Origin: Escherichia phage SR02
Sequence record: OQ870566.1
Strand: one strand, 5' to 3'
Length of the DNA: 64,000 nt
Below the pieces are notes generated by a model. That model was not told where the DNA came from, ran no database searches, and was given only the letters and a program-made list of their open reading frames with translations. Below, piece after piece: positions 8,829-19,079 of this stretch (positions are counted from its first letter, which is position 1; the number at the start of each line of letters is the position of its first letter). A program made the position numbers and the translations under genes.

Positions 8829-11072
8829 TTACTTTTTACTTCCAAGACGTTTGCCTGGAATCCGTGAATCTTTGAGAGAAGCTTGTTGCTCTTTCTTAGT
8901 TACATTAGCTTCTTTCTTTTGGAGTTCCAAAGTTTTGTCCTGAACACGAGCTTGCTGAACAATCTTCTCTTGGTCTACCTGATGAGACATAACCATCTGC
9001 AATTCTTTCAGTACAGATTCGTACTGACGGACCTGCTGTTGCATAAGAGCTAACTTGTGCTTAGCTTGTTCCAGAGTAGCATTGTTATCTTCTTTACGGT
9101 TTTCCAGAGTCATTGCATCTGCTGCATTTTCTTGCTTGAACTGCAACTCTTCCTGACGCAGACTTAACTCATCCGCAGCTTTCTGCTGTTCGAATGTAGT
9201 ACGTTCACGTTGGTCGAATGCATCAGCAATCATCTTCTGAGAAGAAGCCTGTACGTTCTCAACCTGAGCTTTAGTCATCTCTAGCTGGAGGATTTCCATC
9301 GGAGAAGGTTCAGGAGGCTGATACTGTTCCAGAGGCAGAAGGTATTTATGTGTATCTTTAATACCCATCAACTCAAAGATCTGTGCAGTCATGTAACGGT
9401 CTTGCTCCAAACCAAAGAGAGGTGCTAACTGTGCATCTGCTGCAATCAGCTGTTTCAAGCTAATCAGTTTCTGTGCACGTTCTGCTTTCTCATTAGGAGA
9501 GATAGCTACAACAACTTGAAGATTATGACGAGCTGGCAATTGTTTCGGATTTACCTGAATCATACCACGAGGGGTTTGTACCTCAATAGGAACTTCACCG
9601 TTTTCTCTGATAAGACTATAAATGCCACGCATCAATTCAACCATACCGTTGTGAGCGATGTTACGACATACCATACGGAGACGGTTCTGTGCAGCATTCA
9701 TCATCAAACCTACGGTTGCATAAGCGTTATCATTCTTAAACACATCAGGGTTGATACCCATGCCTAGTTTGGTTACACCTGTACGTGTCTCTTTAAGCTC
9801 CTCAGACATGCCTAGGAGGCCATCAATACCTTGAGGTAGGTTATGGTATGGGAACAGGTCAATAGCGTCCTGACGTTCCATTTCAACCACTCCACCGGGA
9901 CGGTTATCAAGCAGAGAGCGACGATCGTATGCACCAACAAGAGCTTTATATCGACCATAGTTAGCATTGTTGACGTTATCAATATAACCACGAACTAACG
10001 CGGTACGTAAATCTTGAATATCTTTCGTAATGTCATAAACTGATTGACCATAGAAGGAACCAGGAATCGGATACGGACAGAAGGTTACAAACGGAATGTG
10101 AGTTACTTCTTCAGTGTGAAGGATATGCTCACCAGCTTGAATAACCTGATAGAGTTTAGACTCTTTATTCTTATCTAGAACACCAGTACGAATGTAGTGC
10201 TCATAAACCCAAACCATAGAAGCGATATCTTCAGTATCTGTACCAATGTCAGCATCAATGTCCTGACGCCAGTCAGTACGAGACCAAGCAACTGTAGATT
10301 GAGTGGTATCCATCGTGTCTGTCCAGTCGTTGAATGCTTCAATCTCATCTTTAGGGAAGCCCATAGCAACCAGATCTTCTTTAGAACGACGTACACGATG
10401 ACAGAAATATTGTGCATCTGCAAAAGAGGTAGCATGTTCATCAACAAAGATTTGCTCTGAAGGAACATATTCAACTTTCACACGTTTAACAGTTTGTTCA
10501 TAAGTAACTTTAACATCAACTGTACCATCTTCATTTTCTTCAGTGAAGATTTCCAGATTCTTGAGTCCACCAGCTTCTAATCCCTGAACATATGCAGCCA
10601 ATGCTTCCGGTGGTACACCTTCAGCTTCTTCAGTTTGAGTAGAAGTTTGTTCATCCCAATAATACTTGATAAAAGAGTTACGAGTTACCAGACATTCTTG
10701 TGCAGCAGAAGAGATAATATTGTATCCCGGATTGTCACGCAGAAGAATTTGGTTAACTAGTTTAGTTGCTACGTCAGCAGCATCAGAATCCTGTTGGTTG
10801 TCAGCTACGAAAGTAACTGCTTCATCACCAGAACAGAATACGTTAATAATATCTTGCAATGTACCGTTAACAGATTCCCAAACAGTACGATCTACCCAAC
10901 TAGAGCTGCCAGCAGTTACTGGTGCAGGTAAGTTACCGTAGAAATATTCCCAAGCTTCACGAGCATAGCCCTTAACAGCCATGTCAACGTAACCTTGAGC
11001 GTAATTAAAACGACGTTGAAGGTCAACACGTAACTCGTCCAACACCTCTTCACTATATTTTTGCTTAGCCAT
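8829..11072 (-). CDS. portal protein (747 aa)
   Basis: Large ORF immediately downstream of the terminase large subunit and upstream of the scaffold; assigned by size and position. Confidence 0.6.
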   Translation of the reverse strand: MAKQKYSEEVLDELRVDLQRRFNYAQGYVDMAVKGYAREAWEYFYGNLPAPVTAGSSSWVDRTVWESVNGTLQDIINVFCSGDEAVTFVADNQQDSDAADVATKLVNQILLRDNPGYNIISSAAQECLVTRNSFIKYYWDEQTSTQTEEAEGVPPEALAAYVQGLEAGGLKNLEIFTEENEDGTVDVKVTYEQTVKRVKVEYVPSEQIFVDEHATSFADAQYFCHRVRRSKEDLVAMGFPKDEIEAFNDWTDTMDTTQSTVAWSRTDWRQDIDADIGTDTEDIASMVWVYEHYIRTGVLDKNKESKLYQVIQAGEHILHTEEVTHIPFVTFCPYPIPGSFYGQSVYDITKDIQDLRTALVRGYIDNVNNANYGRYKALVGAYDRRSLLDNRPGGVVEMERQDAIDLFPYHNLPQGIDGLLGMSEELKETRTGVTKLGMGINPDVFKNDNAYATVGLMMNAAQNRLRMVCRNIAHNGMVELMRGIYSLIRENGEVPIEVQTPRGMIQVNPKQLPARHNLQVVVAISPNEKAERAQKLISLKQLIAADAQLAPLFGLEQDRYMTAQIFELMGIKDTHKYLLPLEQYQPPEPSPMEILQLEMTKAQVENVQASSQKMIADAFDQRERTTFEQQKAADELSLRQEELQFKQENAADAMTLENRKEDNNATLEQAKHKLALMQQQVRQYESVLKELQMVMSHQVDQEKIVQQARVQDKTLELQKKEANVTKKEQQASLKDSRIPGKRLGSKK

Positions 11073-11097
11073 CTATTCTCTCCCTCGGTTGATAGCT

Positions 11098-11127
11098 TAA
11101 ATAAAAGAAGGGAGGACAAACCTCCCC
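11098..11127 (-). terminator. rho-independent terminator or attenuator between terminase and portal genes
   Basis: Minus-strand hairpin GGGAGG-UUUGU-CCUCCC followed by UUCUUUUAUUU. Confidence 0.45.
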
Positions 11128-11133
11128 CTTACT

Positions 11134-12675
11134 TTAGTAGCTCTGATTCCATCTGCTTACGTTTGCCTCATACAAAGAAGCGCTTCCGAAGCTAACATCA
11201 TGCTTAGAGCGACCACGATGTGTAACAGAGCACGCTGAATAACGCATTGCGTCCATTAAGTCATCATGTTCTTTAATAATCTTACCAACCTTACGGTGAT
11301 ATCTAGCTTTCTCTTCGAATAGCTTAGCGTTAGCGGCTGTGTTAAAGACTTTAAAGCGTCCACTCATCATTCTTTCTCGGATATCTGTGATTCCCGGTTC
11401 TACAAAGAAGTTCTTTTTACCATCCATTCCAATTTTGTTGTAGAAGGTCTCACTCTGTACGTTAACTCCTGCATTCTTATAGAATTGAGCAACAGATGAA
11501 CCACTACCTTTCTCAATATTGTCCGCATCATGCGGTAGGATGACAGGAATCCACTGACCACGACCATTAATAGCTGGAGCATGATACACTGGAGTAAAGC
11601 CACCTTCTTTATATGAATCGTAAACATAGATAGTATCCGTGTTTGCGTCATAAGCTGTCCAAACAGCAGCAGTTGGGTGATCAATACCAATATCAATTGC
11701 ACAGACACGTTTCCACGTATCAGGAATTTCGAATGGTTCACATTTAATTGTGTCATCCGATACATCATAAATCAAACCACTTCCTAACAATGGCATACCT
11801 TTTGAACGCATCTCTAACTGCCACGCTGGAATACCTTCAGTCATATCTTTTATATCTTGGTCAGTGATGTGTCCACCTAGGTCTGCATGAGCATCCCACC
11901 AAGAAGCATTCTGGAAATATAGAGAACCTGTGTTCTCATCCCCTTCACCTTTCATAAATTTATCTACCAGTTCAGTTAAACCGTTCTCTGGTGTAGCTGT
12001 AATTGTAACTAGACCTTTAGTTGTGAGTGTACGTGTGACGCACTGTGCGAATATAGCCATAGACTCATATGGATCTTCTTCGTCTAACCAAATGTAGTCA
12101 ACTGTTGCACCCATCAATGTGTGTTCACCCTGTTGGGTTGAACGGAATTCTAATGTACTTAAACCGTCAAATTCTCCTCTCTCATTTTGATGTTTGATTT
12201 GTACGATTTGAAGTTTGTTACCATCTCGCTCTATCGTATCAATGACGATAGCATCACGAGGAATGACACCTGTCCCCAATAAGTTTGTATCCTTTCCGAT
12301 AGGTGTACCAAACAACTCCTTTTGCAATACTTTCCTTGTGGAATCCCCTGTAATACCAACTGCCCATGCTAAGATAGGTCTTTTAAATTTATATCCTGTC
12401 CACCAAGTTGGGTAGCGACCTGTGACATGACAAGCAAACTCGTATGCCTCGCTATAAGATTTACCAACACGGTTCGCTGCACACAAGAATCTAAAGCGAT
12501 GCTTCAATCCTGCTGCATAAAATTTCTTTTGGAAGTCATACGCCTTGAAAGACAAAATCCTATTATACTTCCTCCATTGGTCACGCTCTTTCAACATATT
12601 CAATAGTGCTTTCTTTTCGTCTACACTAAGATTGTTACCAGTTAGAGCTTCATAAATTTGTTTATCTAATGACAT
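11134..12675 (-). CDS. terL: terminase large subunit
   Basis: 513 aa; N-terminal ATPase region with P-loop-like AANRVGKSY; typical size and position ahead of portal. Confidence 0.8.
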   Translation of the reverse strand: MSLDKQIYEALTGNNLSVDEKKALLNMLKERDQWRKYNRILSFKAYDFQKKFYAAGLKHRFRFLCAANRVGKSYSEAYEFACHVTGRYPTWWTGYKFKRPILAWAVGITGDSTRKVLQKELFGTPIGKDTNLLGTGVIPRDAIVIDTIERDGNKLQIVQIKHQNERGEFDGLSTLEFRSTQQGEHTLMGATVDYIWLDEEDPYESMAIFAQCVTRTLTTKGLVTITATPENGLTELVDKFMKGEGDENTGSLYFQNASWWDAHADLGGHITDQDIKDMTEGIPAWQLEMRSKGMPLLGSGLIYDVSDDTIKCEPFEIPDTWKRVCAIDIGIDHPTAAVWTAYDANTDTIYVYDSYKEGGFTPVYHAPAINGRGQWIPVILPHDADNIEKGSGSSVAQFYKNAGVNVQSETFYNKIGMDGKKNFFVEPGITDIRERMMSGRFKVFNTAANAKLFEEKARYHRKVGKIIKEHDDLMDAMRYSACSVTHRGRSKHDVSFGSASLYEANVSRWNQSY

Positions 12676-12791
12676 ACTTCCTCCAGTTTAAAAATAGAAA
12701 AGGGAAAGTCCCTTCGTCAAAGAACCTCCCCTCTCTTATTCGCTGCATATCTGGTTAACTTAAAATCCAGCATCCATACAGCTTCCTTTAA

Positions 12792-13265
12792 TTAACTCTC
12801 GTCCGCTTCCTCCCCCTTTTCAGCGTCCTCAGAGTTGTCTTCTTCTGGAGGCATAACGTCGATACCAAGTGCTCCAGTCAAGAAGTCCTTGATTTGTGCA
12901 TTCAATGATTCTTCGTTGATTACATTCTCTTCCTCAATCTTAACTTCAACAGAGGCCGCCTTAGGATATACCAGATCTGCAACTTTTGATGCAGCCTTGA
13001 ATCTAAGATCAGGTGGAATATTAGGATCTTCGTAAATTTGAATTAACACTTCATCAGGAGACAAATGACTTGCAGCAACACGGTCCAACATTAATTGTGT
13101 CAGTTTACCTCTACTACCTCTGGGTCGTCCGAATTTATTTCCCTTTTGAAACTTCCCATTGCTTGGGTTCATACCACGGCTTTCAAGTTCTTCCGTTACT
13201 CCGGGTAATCTTCCTGTAATCTCAGCTACCTGTGCAGGCGTGAGTTCTCCGTTTTCTCCAAACAT
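12792..13265 (-). CDS. terS: terminase small subunit (putative)
   Basis: 157 aa directly upstream of terL; basic KGNKFGRPRGSRGK DNA-binding-like motif; acidic C-terminus. Confidence 0.45.
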   Translation of the reverse strand: MFGENGELTPAQVAEITGRLPGVTEELESRGMNPSNGKFQKGNKFGRPRGSRGKLTQLMLDRVAASHLSPDEVLIQIYEDPNIPPDLRFKAASKVADLVYPKAASVEVKIEEENVINEESLNAQIKDFLTGALGIDVMPPEEDNSEDAEKGEEADES

Positions 13266-13288
13266 TTTATACTCCTTCTACATTATCA

Positions 13289-13316
13289 ACAACACAAAAA
13301 GCCTCCCAAGGGAGGC
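13289..13316 (-). terminator. rho-independent terminator (minus strand)
   Basis: Hairpin GCCUCCC-UUG-GGAGGC followed by UUUUUGUGUUG on the minus strand. Confidence 0.5.
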
Positions 13317-13321
13317 AAACA

Positions 13322-13954
13322 TTACTTACAATTACTGACGGACAGGTTAAACATCTTACCTAAAGTAACTATCTCACCTTCCCACGGAAGTTCTACACCC
13401 TTCTCTTCCTCTAAAACAATAGAGCCGTCGACCAAAAATTTTTCGTAGTCTCGCAGTGCGTCGTCTACTAACTCACTCTTGTGAATCCACGTAATTGTTT
13501 CTGTGCCATCTTCTTCGATTCGAACATCACGATGCCATTCATCTTTGGAGGTAATGTAATCATGGAGCATTTCATATTCAGCTTCTTCAATCATCTCAAT
13601 CATTGCACGAGCATAGTCAGGGAGGTGATCATGTTTAGTAGATTCGTATTCAATTACTTCCAGAGTAGATGGTTGTGTTTTAGTTTTAGAATCAGGGCGA
13701 GTAGTATGAATCAAATCTAACATGTTTTTGTTCTCCGTAATATTTGGTTTAAGAATACTTCCACTATATAAATCTTGTACAGCTAACCCTGAAACATTTC
13801 CCATGGTTTCTAAATGCTGTAAGCTACAACCAGAGCGACATAGCTGTGAATTGTAGTCAACCATATCCATTGCTTTAATGTGGAAAGGAGAACCAGAAGG
13901 GAAACTACCTCCATAAACACCTTCCATATTCACTGCGATTATTTGATTATTCAT
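13322..13954 (-). CDS. hypothetical protein (210 aa)
   Basis: ORF in minus-strand block; no recognisable domain. Confidence 0.45.
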   Translation of the reverse strand: MNNQIIAVNMEGVYGGSFPSGSPFHIKAMDMVDYNSQLCRSGCSLQHLETMGNVSGLAVQDLYSGSILKPNITENKNMLDLIHTTRPDSKTKTQPSTLEVIEYESTKHDHLPDYARAMIEMIEEAEYEMLHDYITSKDEWHRDVRIEEDGTETITWIHKSELVDDALRDYEKFLVDGSIVLEEEKGVELPWEGEIVTLGKMFNLSVSNCK

Positions 13955-14201
13955 CTATATCTCCCTTGCTATAATCTTTGTATGTTTCTACTTTGTAAGT
14001 GCGGAATGCTCTGAAGAAGAGCCAACCTAAGCTACTCACATCAATTGTAATATCGAAATCTGTTTCATCATCTAGGTCAACAAGACGACCTAAGCATGTA
14101 GCTTCCATCCCTTCTTCAGAGTCACTATTGACTACGAAAGCGTATGTCTCTGTTCTGAACCGAGGCACCATCTCTGATAAAAAGTCTAATACTAAATTCA
14201 T
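13947..14201 (-). CDS. hypothetical protein (84 aa)
   Basis: First gene of the minus-strand block, overlaps the start of the next gene. Confidence 0.4.
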   Translation of the reverse strand: MNLVLDFLSEMVPRFRTETYAFVVNSDSEEGMEATCLGRLVDLDDETDFDITIDVSSLGWLFFRAFRTYKVETYKDYSKGDIDE

Positions 14202-15213
14202 AATTCTTCTCCTCTGAATAAGAGTATAAAGGGCTAGGCATATCTAACCCGTAAAGGCACCCTCATAACAACAACCCGTGTACGCTGAAGTAAAGGGGGC
14301 TTCATGTTAAGGCTTAGTCATAAAGGCCATGTCACGTTAAGGCCTATCCATCCATGTGCTGTGTTTAAGCTTACCACATTTACTACATCTCCAAGTGGAC
14401 TTATAAAGGGTGTGAACTCTTTCATCCCCGTAAGCTTTGCGTATCCGATAGTACTCATGATCACATTTGAATTGCTTAATGATTAACTTAATTTTCCACA
14501 TAAGTTCTCTTTCAACCTTATATATAAGAGTTTAAAATTCTGATTTGACCGAGTGGGGCTAGGCGCTCTGCGACGAATTGTTAAAAAGGGGGAGTCCTCA
14601 AATAAAAAAGGGTTATTGGCAATGCCTTTACACCTTCTTCCACGTTCCAGCTTTCCCCGTGCCTACTCCCCGTTATTCTTTCCCCGTGTATACCATCCTA
14701 TTCATTAGCTACCCGTTTATTTAGTTCCCCTTTAGAGAGTAAGAGAAAGGCTAGTCACTGATAATGATTAGATTAAGGCACTATGAATAAGCTAATAATA
14801 CCCCTAGTTACTACCCCATTCCCCCATAGTTTGAGTGTAAATAGTTTCAATAGTAATGATTATGAGTGCAATAATGATGTATGTATTAATTAAGTGGATA
14901 ATAGTAATTAACAGTTATTATATTCTTTTTACTCTTTTCTTTTTTTCAGCGTTCTGTTGGTCTTTTTCTTTTATGAGTTAACTAATTATTTAAGTGGTAT
15001 ATTATTACCGCACTATCTTGCTATGTTTCCCCGTGGTCTATCCTGCGGTTGTATACTCCCCGTGTCCTGGTCTGTTGGTCTGTTACCCGTGGTGTTATCG
15101 TTAATGTTATAAAGTAACAATAGCTAGTAAGTTGATGCTCTGAGTATGGAAAGTTTAGTAAATTAAATTCCTTTAGTATTCAGTGAGTTATGAAAAAGTT
15201 AGAAAATAAATGG

Positions 15214-15242
15214 TTGACAGGCTTTTCCTTTAATATATAGTT
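15214..15242 (+). promoter_or_regulatory. sigma70-type early promoter (TTGACA, about 16 bp spacer, TATAGT)
   Basis: Consensus -35 hexamer and near-consensus -10 read directly; about 45 nt upstream of the first plus-strand gene. Confidence 0.6.
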
Positions 15243-15285
15243 GCAATCGTATTTTGTAGTTTTCATCAACCAAAAGGAATATCAA

Positions 15286-16158
15286 ATGTCTAAAGTAGCA
15301 ATTAACCACTTGAACAAAGCAAACGAAAGCCTTTCCTCTTTGGGCTTGTCTGTTGGTAGTCCTGATGCGTGGATGGAAAACGAAAGTGCACGTAAAGGAT
15401 TCAAAAACTCTGTAATGCTGGCTTGCTTGATCATTAATTCTACTGCGAACGCCTTACAGTGTGAAGATGAAAGCACGTTCAAAGAGAATGGCTTTACCGA
15501 TATGCAGGACGCTATCAACTGTTACATTCAGGCAAATTTGGATAGCTGGAATCAGAAAGATTGGCCTGAGTCATGCCGTGATGTGAAAGCTGAATTATCC
15601 CGCTTGTCTGTCATGGTTGAAGCATGGAATAAGAAAAACAAGAAGCAACCTATCAAGCCTACTGTTGCAAGTAAGATTATGAAGTCTGTTAATCTGGCAA
15701 GTTATGCACTGGTTGCAGCGATCGGTGTTAGTGCACTGGTCACATCTCTTTCTGATAAGGCTGTTGCTAGTCCTACTCCTGCAACTGATGCGGCTAGTGT
15801 CTTCTCTAGTTCCATCAATAAGGGTTGGATGATTTGCAACGGTGCGGATAGTGACGGCAATAATACCGTGCTAAAGATGAAATTTAGCAACGTTACTAAT
15901 GATGGCGTTCTCTTTCAATCTAAAACGTTAGATAATCAGCCTAACAGTGATCTAGTTCTCAAGCGTACCGATAACGATGCGGATATGGTTACATTTGGCA
16001 CTGTACAACGTTACGAAGACGTTAAAGCTGTCACCAACCTAGTGAGTTATGGTCCGGTTAATGAGTCGATGATCGCCACTACTGTTTACAATAATGCCGA
16101 TAACGCTGTTTATACCGTTCACGTTAATTTAGCCAACTGCATTAAGGCTAGTAAGTAA
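15286..16158 (+). CDS. hypothetical early protein (290 aa) with one hydrophobic segment
   Basis: ATG with AAAGGAA RBS directly downstream of the promoter; the upstream TTG start in the ORF track is rejected. Confidence 0.6.
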   Translation: MSKVAINHLNKANESLSSLGLSVGSPDAWMENESARKGFKNSVMLACLIINSTANALQCEDESTFKENGFTDMQDAINCYIQANLDSWNQKDWPESCRDVKAELSRLSVMVEAWNKKNKKQPIKPTVASKIMKSVNLASYALVAAIGVSALVTSLSDKAVASPTPATDAASVFSSSINKGWMICNGADSDGNNTVLKMKFSNVTNDGVLFQSKTLDNQPNSDLVLKRTDNDADMVTFGTVQRYEDVKAVTNLVSYGPVNESMIATTVYNNADNAVYTVHVNLANCIKASK

Positions 16159-16184
16159 ATAACCTATTTTTGGGAGTGTAAATA

Positions 16185-16451
16185 ATGGCTATTAAAGAAG
16201 TTAAATTATCTAACGGTTTTTCTTGTTTTGTTGGTGGAAGCTCTATCCTGTTTAATACACTTGATGGTCAGATAACGTTACCTGTTATCACTTTTTGCAG
16301 GATGGAATTTCAACCTCTTAAGGATTGGTTAGCCTTTGCTAATTTTGAAATTACCCGTGAAGACTTCAAATCAATCTATATTGACGGTGATTTGTCACTG
16401 GCTAACCTGCTCAACCATGGGCTGAATGGGGATGATATTAATGGGGAATGA
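16185..16451 (+). CDS. hypothetical protein (88 aa)
   Basis: ORF in co-directional early array. Confidence 0.45.
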   Translation: MAIKEVKLSNGFSCFVGGSSILFNTLDGQITLPVITFCRMEFQPLKDWLAFANFEITREDFKSIYIDGDLSLANLLNHGLNGDDINGE

Positions 16452-16689
16452 AACTATCGCGTTAATTGATACGCATAATTACGGTGGCGTTACGCTATCC
16501 TTTGATGAATCAACCGACGTTGGATATTTATCTTTTCTTTCTAAAGGTGAGATACAAACTATCCGCTTTCCTATTGTTTGTTTGGTGCAAGATTATCTAA
16601 CTGTTGGGAAGTATTTAGCCCAACGTGGGATTCTTCTGTCGCTGGAAGAAGTGGAACAGGTTAGCGTAGCATTTTTTTGGCGAGGATAG
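16426..16689 (+). CDS. hypothetical protein (about 83-87 aa)
   Basis: ORF overlaps the previous gene end; alternative in-frame ATG at 16441. Confidence 0.4.
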   Translation: MGMILMGNETIALIDTHNYGGVTLSFDESTDVGYLSFLSKGEIQTIRFPIVCLVQDYLTVGKYLAQRGILLSLEEVEQVSVAFFWRG

Positions 16690-16799
16690 CAACTAGTGAT
16701 TCATGATTATTTTTGGCGTTGCTTGTTCGTTGTTACAGTGGCGTTATTCGTCGCTGATGTGCTTTATTCTTACGTTCTTTAATTAAGAGGTTTATTGCT

Positions 16800-17165
16800 A
16801 TGTGGTTTATTAAATTCATCGTTAAAACGGTTGTAGGCTTCTTTCTGGTCGTTCTTCTGTTGGGTGTCCTGCTATCGGCTATGGGTAGCGTTAAAGCTGC
16901 AACGTTTTCCCCTGCTACGGTGGAAGGTTTACAGTGCACCTATTTGATAGAAAACTATTCGACTGGTAAAAAGTCACCTAAGGTTATTATTTTACATGTA
17001 AATGATTTCGATCATGTACAATCATATGATAAAACTATTCAACTGGTAAATGAATCCACTGGTAAACAAATCACGGTCGATCACTTGATGCGCTCATCGT
17101 TAACGCTCTTTGATGAGTCCATGAATGAAATGGCATCCGGTTTAGGTCAATGTGTAAATCCATAG
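16800..17165 (+). CDS. hypothetical membrane or secreted protein (121 aa)
   Basis: N-terminal hydrophobic helix (VVGFFLVVLLLGVLLSAMG). Confidence 0.5.
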   Translation: MWFIKFIVKTVVGFFLVVLLLGVLLSAMGSVKAATFSPATVEGLQCTYLIENYSTGKKSPKVIILHVNDFDHVQSYDKTIQLVNESTGKQITVDHLMRSSLTLFDESMNEMASGLGQCVNP

Positions 17166-17241
17166 GCTTAATCTTTCTCCTTTATTGTGCCGTAGTCATG
17201 CCTATGGTCATAATTTATCTGATTCTCTAAATCCTTCCTGT

Positions 17242-17270
17242 AAGCCTCCTAGTGAGGCTTTTCTCTTTTA
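17242..17270 (+). terminator. rho-independent terminator
   Basis: Hairpin AAGCCUC-CUAGU-GAGGCUU followed by UUCUCUUUUAU. Confidence 0.5.
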
Positions 17271-17469
17271 TAGGGTGATTGTATTCCTTACTCCCTTTTA
17301 GCTCGTTGTGATGCGTTACAGGCCGTTAAATGGTGCTTTACAAGCCTTTTCCTACGATGTATCACGCGCGCCCGTTCCTTTACCTCCTGATTTCTTCCGG
17401 TGTCCTATCAACAATAAAATAAATTCCTTTATAAAACAGTGAGATATAAAATAATTTGAAAAAAGGGTA

Positions 17470-17497
17470 TTGACAGGGTTTTCCTGTATAGTAATAT
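17470..17497 (+). promoter_or_regulatory. sigma70-type early promoter (TTGACA, 16 bp, TAATAT)
   Basis: Consensus hexamers read directly. Confidence 0.6.
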
Positions 17498-17675
17498 GAA
17501 TCCCGTAGTAAGCAGTAAGTAACAACAAGTAGTAAAAACTCCTCGATAGGTGATTAGCATCACGGTAAAAGGCTTCAACGGGGAGCGGTAGGAATACCGA
17601 CAGTAAGACGCACAATGAAAGTGCTACGCTCTTTAAAAATCAGGCTAGAAAGTGAAAATATTCTTAAAAAGAGTA

Positions 17676-17704
17676 TTGACACCGAAAACAGCCTGATTCA
17701 TAAT
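17676..17704 (+). promoter_or_regulatory. sigma70-type early promoter (TTGACA, 17 bp, CATAAT)
   Basis: Consensus -35 with 17-bp spacer; near-identical in sequence to the promoter at 18127. Confidence 0.6.
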
Positions 17705-18126
17705 AAGCACTCAGTCAGCGATGACTTAAAACATCCCCGCTCTTTAAAAACTTATCATCTTGCCCTTTCGCAAAGATACACGCGAGATAAGGGAAAAGAA
17801 TAAAAGAAGATGATAAAAAAGAGATTGCAAACGTGGTTAAGATAGTCCATACTAACCACAAGTTAACAAAACAACGTTAACTAGTTCCCAAATCAACGTA
17901 TCGCGGGAAAGGTGGCACATAGTGCGGCGAGTAGTTCAGGGTTAGGCGTCCTGTTAATGAATCAGTAAGCCTTCAATGCCATAGTGATTAGCAGACACTT
18001 TAAAAGGCTAACGCTCTTTAACAATATGAATCATAAGTTAAGCCTCACCGCTTAATCTTCAACCCAATAAAGCGGGTTGATATATCCTCCCAATAGCGGG
18101 AACGACGAAAAAAGATTAAAAAGTGG

Positions 18127-18155
18127 TTGACAGCGAAAACAACATGATTCATACT
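18127..18155 (+). promoter_or_regulatory. sigma70-type early promoter (TTGACA, 17 bp, CATACT)
   Basis: Paralogous to the promoter at 17676 (TTGACA.CGAAAACA.C.TGATTCATA.T.AGCACTCA). Confidence 0.55.
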
Positions 18156-19079
18156 GAGCACTCACTAAGCAAATCACCGCTTCAGTGAAAAGCGTAACAA
18201 CGGCTAACAGTTGCATAGTGTGAGAAAGCACACTGATAGATTTACCGCTCTTTAATAATTTAAACATTCTCCTATATCGGTTGATTATGTTAGATGATAA
18301 TAACCATCGGATAACATACCAGATAAAACGGTGTAAGATTCTCTAAACTATCAGAGAAAACAATCTTACAATCCCTTACCGGAAACGTCACCACTGATAA
18401 ACGGATTCATTGAGTACACGCAACGACTGAAGCTAATCGCCCACGGTTAAGGGTAGCGGCGGTCATCGCTAACAAGGTGCTACAGTGAAAGAAGTTAATC
18501 AGGGTAGACAAGCCCGACGAATTAACGCTCAATTGAGAGCGGCGGTGAATGGTTAAAAAGTGGCAAATTGCTATTTAACAATAAGGTTTAGTGTGAACGT
18601 TTACGATGTGAACGGCTTGAGATTCATCACAAGATGAAAGTACATAGTCGGTTTATGTAGTAAACTTGCCGAAAGATATAAAACGTCAGAACATTAGACG
18701 GTCAATGACTCTTTCACAATAGCATCCCGTTGTGGGCGATGGCTAGTGATTGAGAGTTGATACAAAAGGATAGGCGAGAGCGAAAGCAAAGTAGACGATA
18801 TTGCCGACGGTTACAATAAACGTAACTAATTAGAGTCGGACGCACTGCCTTATTGTGATGATTGATCATCGCTATCAGGTCGGCTTCGTTTATAGCGACT
18901 AATTAAAGATACCAGATGAAACATCACGGATAAGGGGGCGGCAAGGTTAACTCCTGATAAGACCGCCCCGCTTACCTATAACTACTTAACAACGAGTGGT
19001 TATAGTTAAGTTAATAGTGACTTAAACAAGCTCATAGAGAGCGGGGCAATAGCGCCCTTACAATTGAAAGGTGAATATC

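Larger units (their letters stand above)
17498..19079 (+). other. ORF-free transcribed leader (about 1.6 kb) downstream of tandem early promoters; possible ncRNA(s)
   Basis: No ORF of 60 aa or more on the plus strand between 17803 and 19071; stops in all frames; recurring CGCTCTTTAA boxes. Confidence 0.45.

Noticed and set aside
17600-18270. CRISPR-like array
   Set aside because: The CGCTCTTTAA boxes are short, irregularly spaced (about 110 to 385 bp apart) and lie next to promoters; not CRISPR repeat-spacer architecture.
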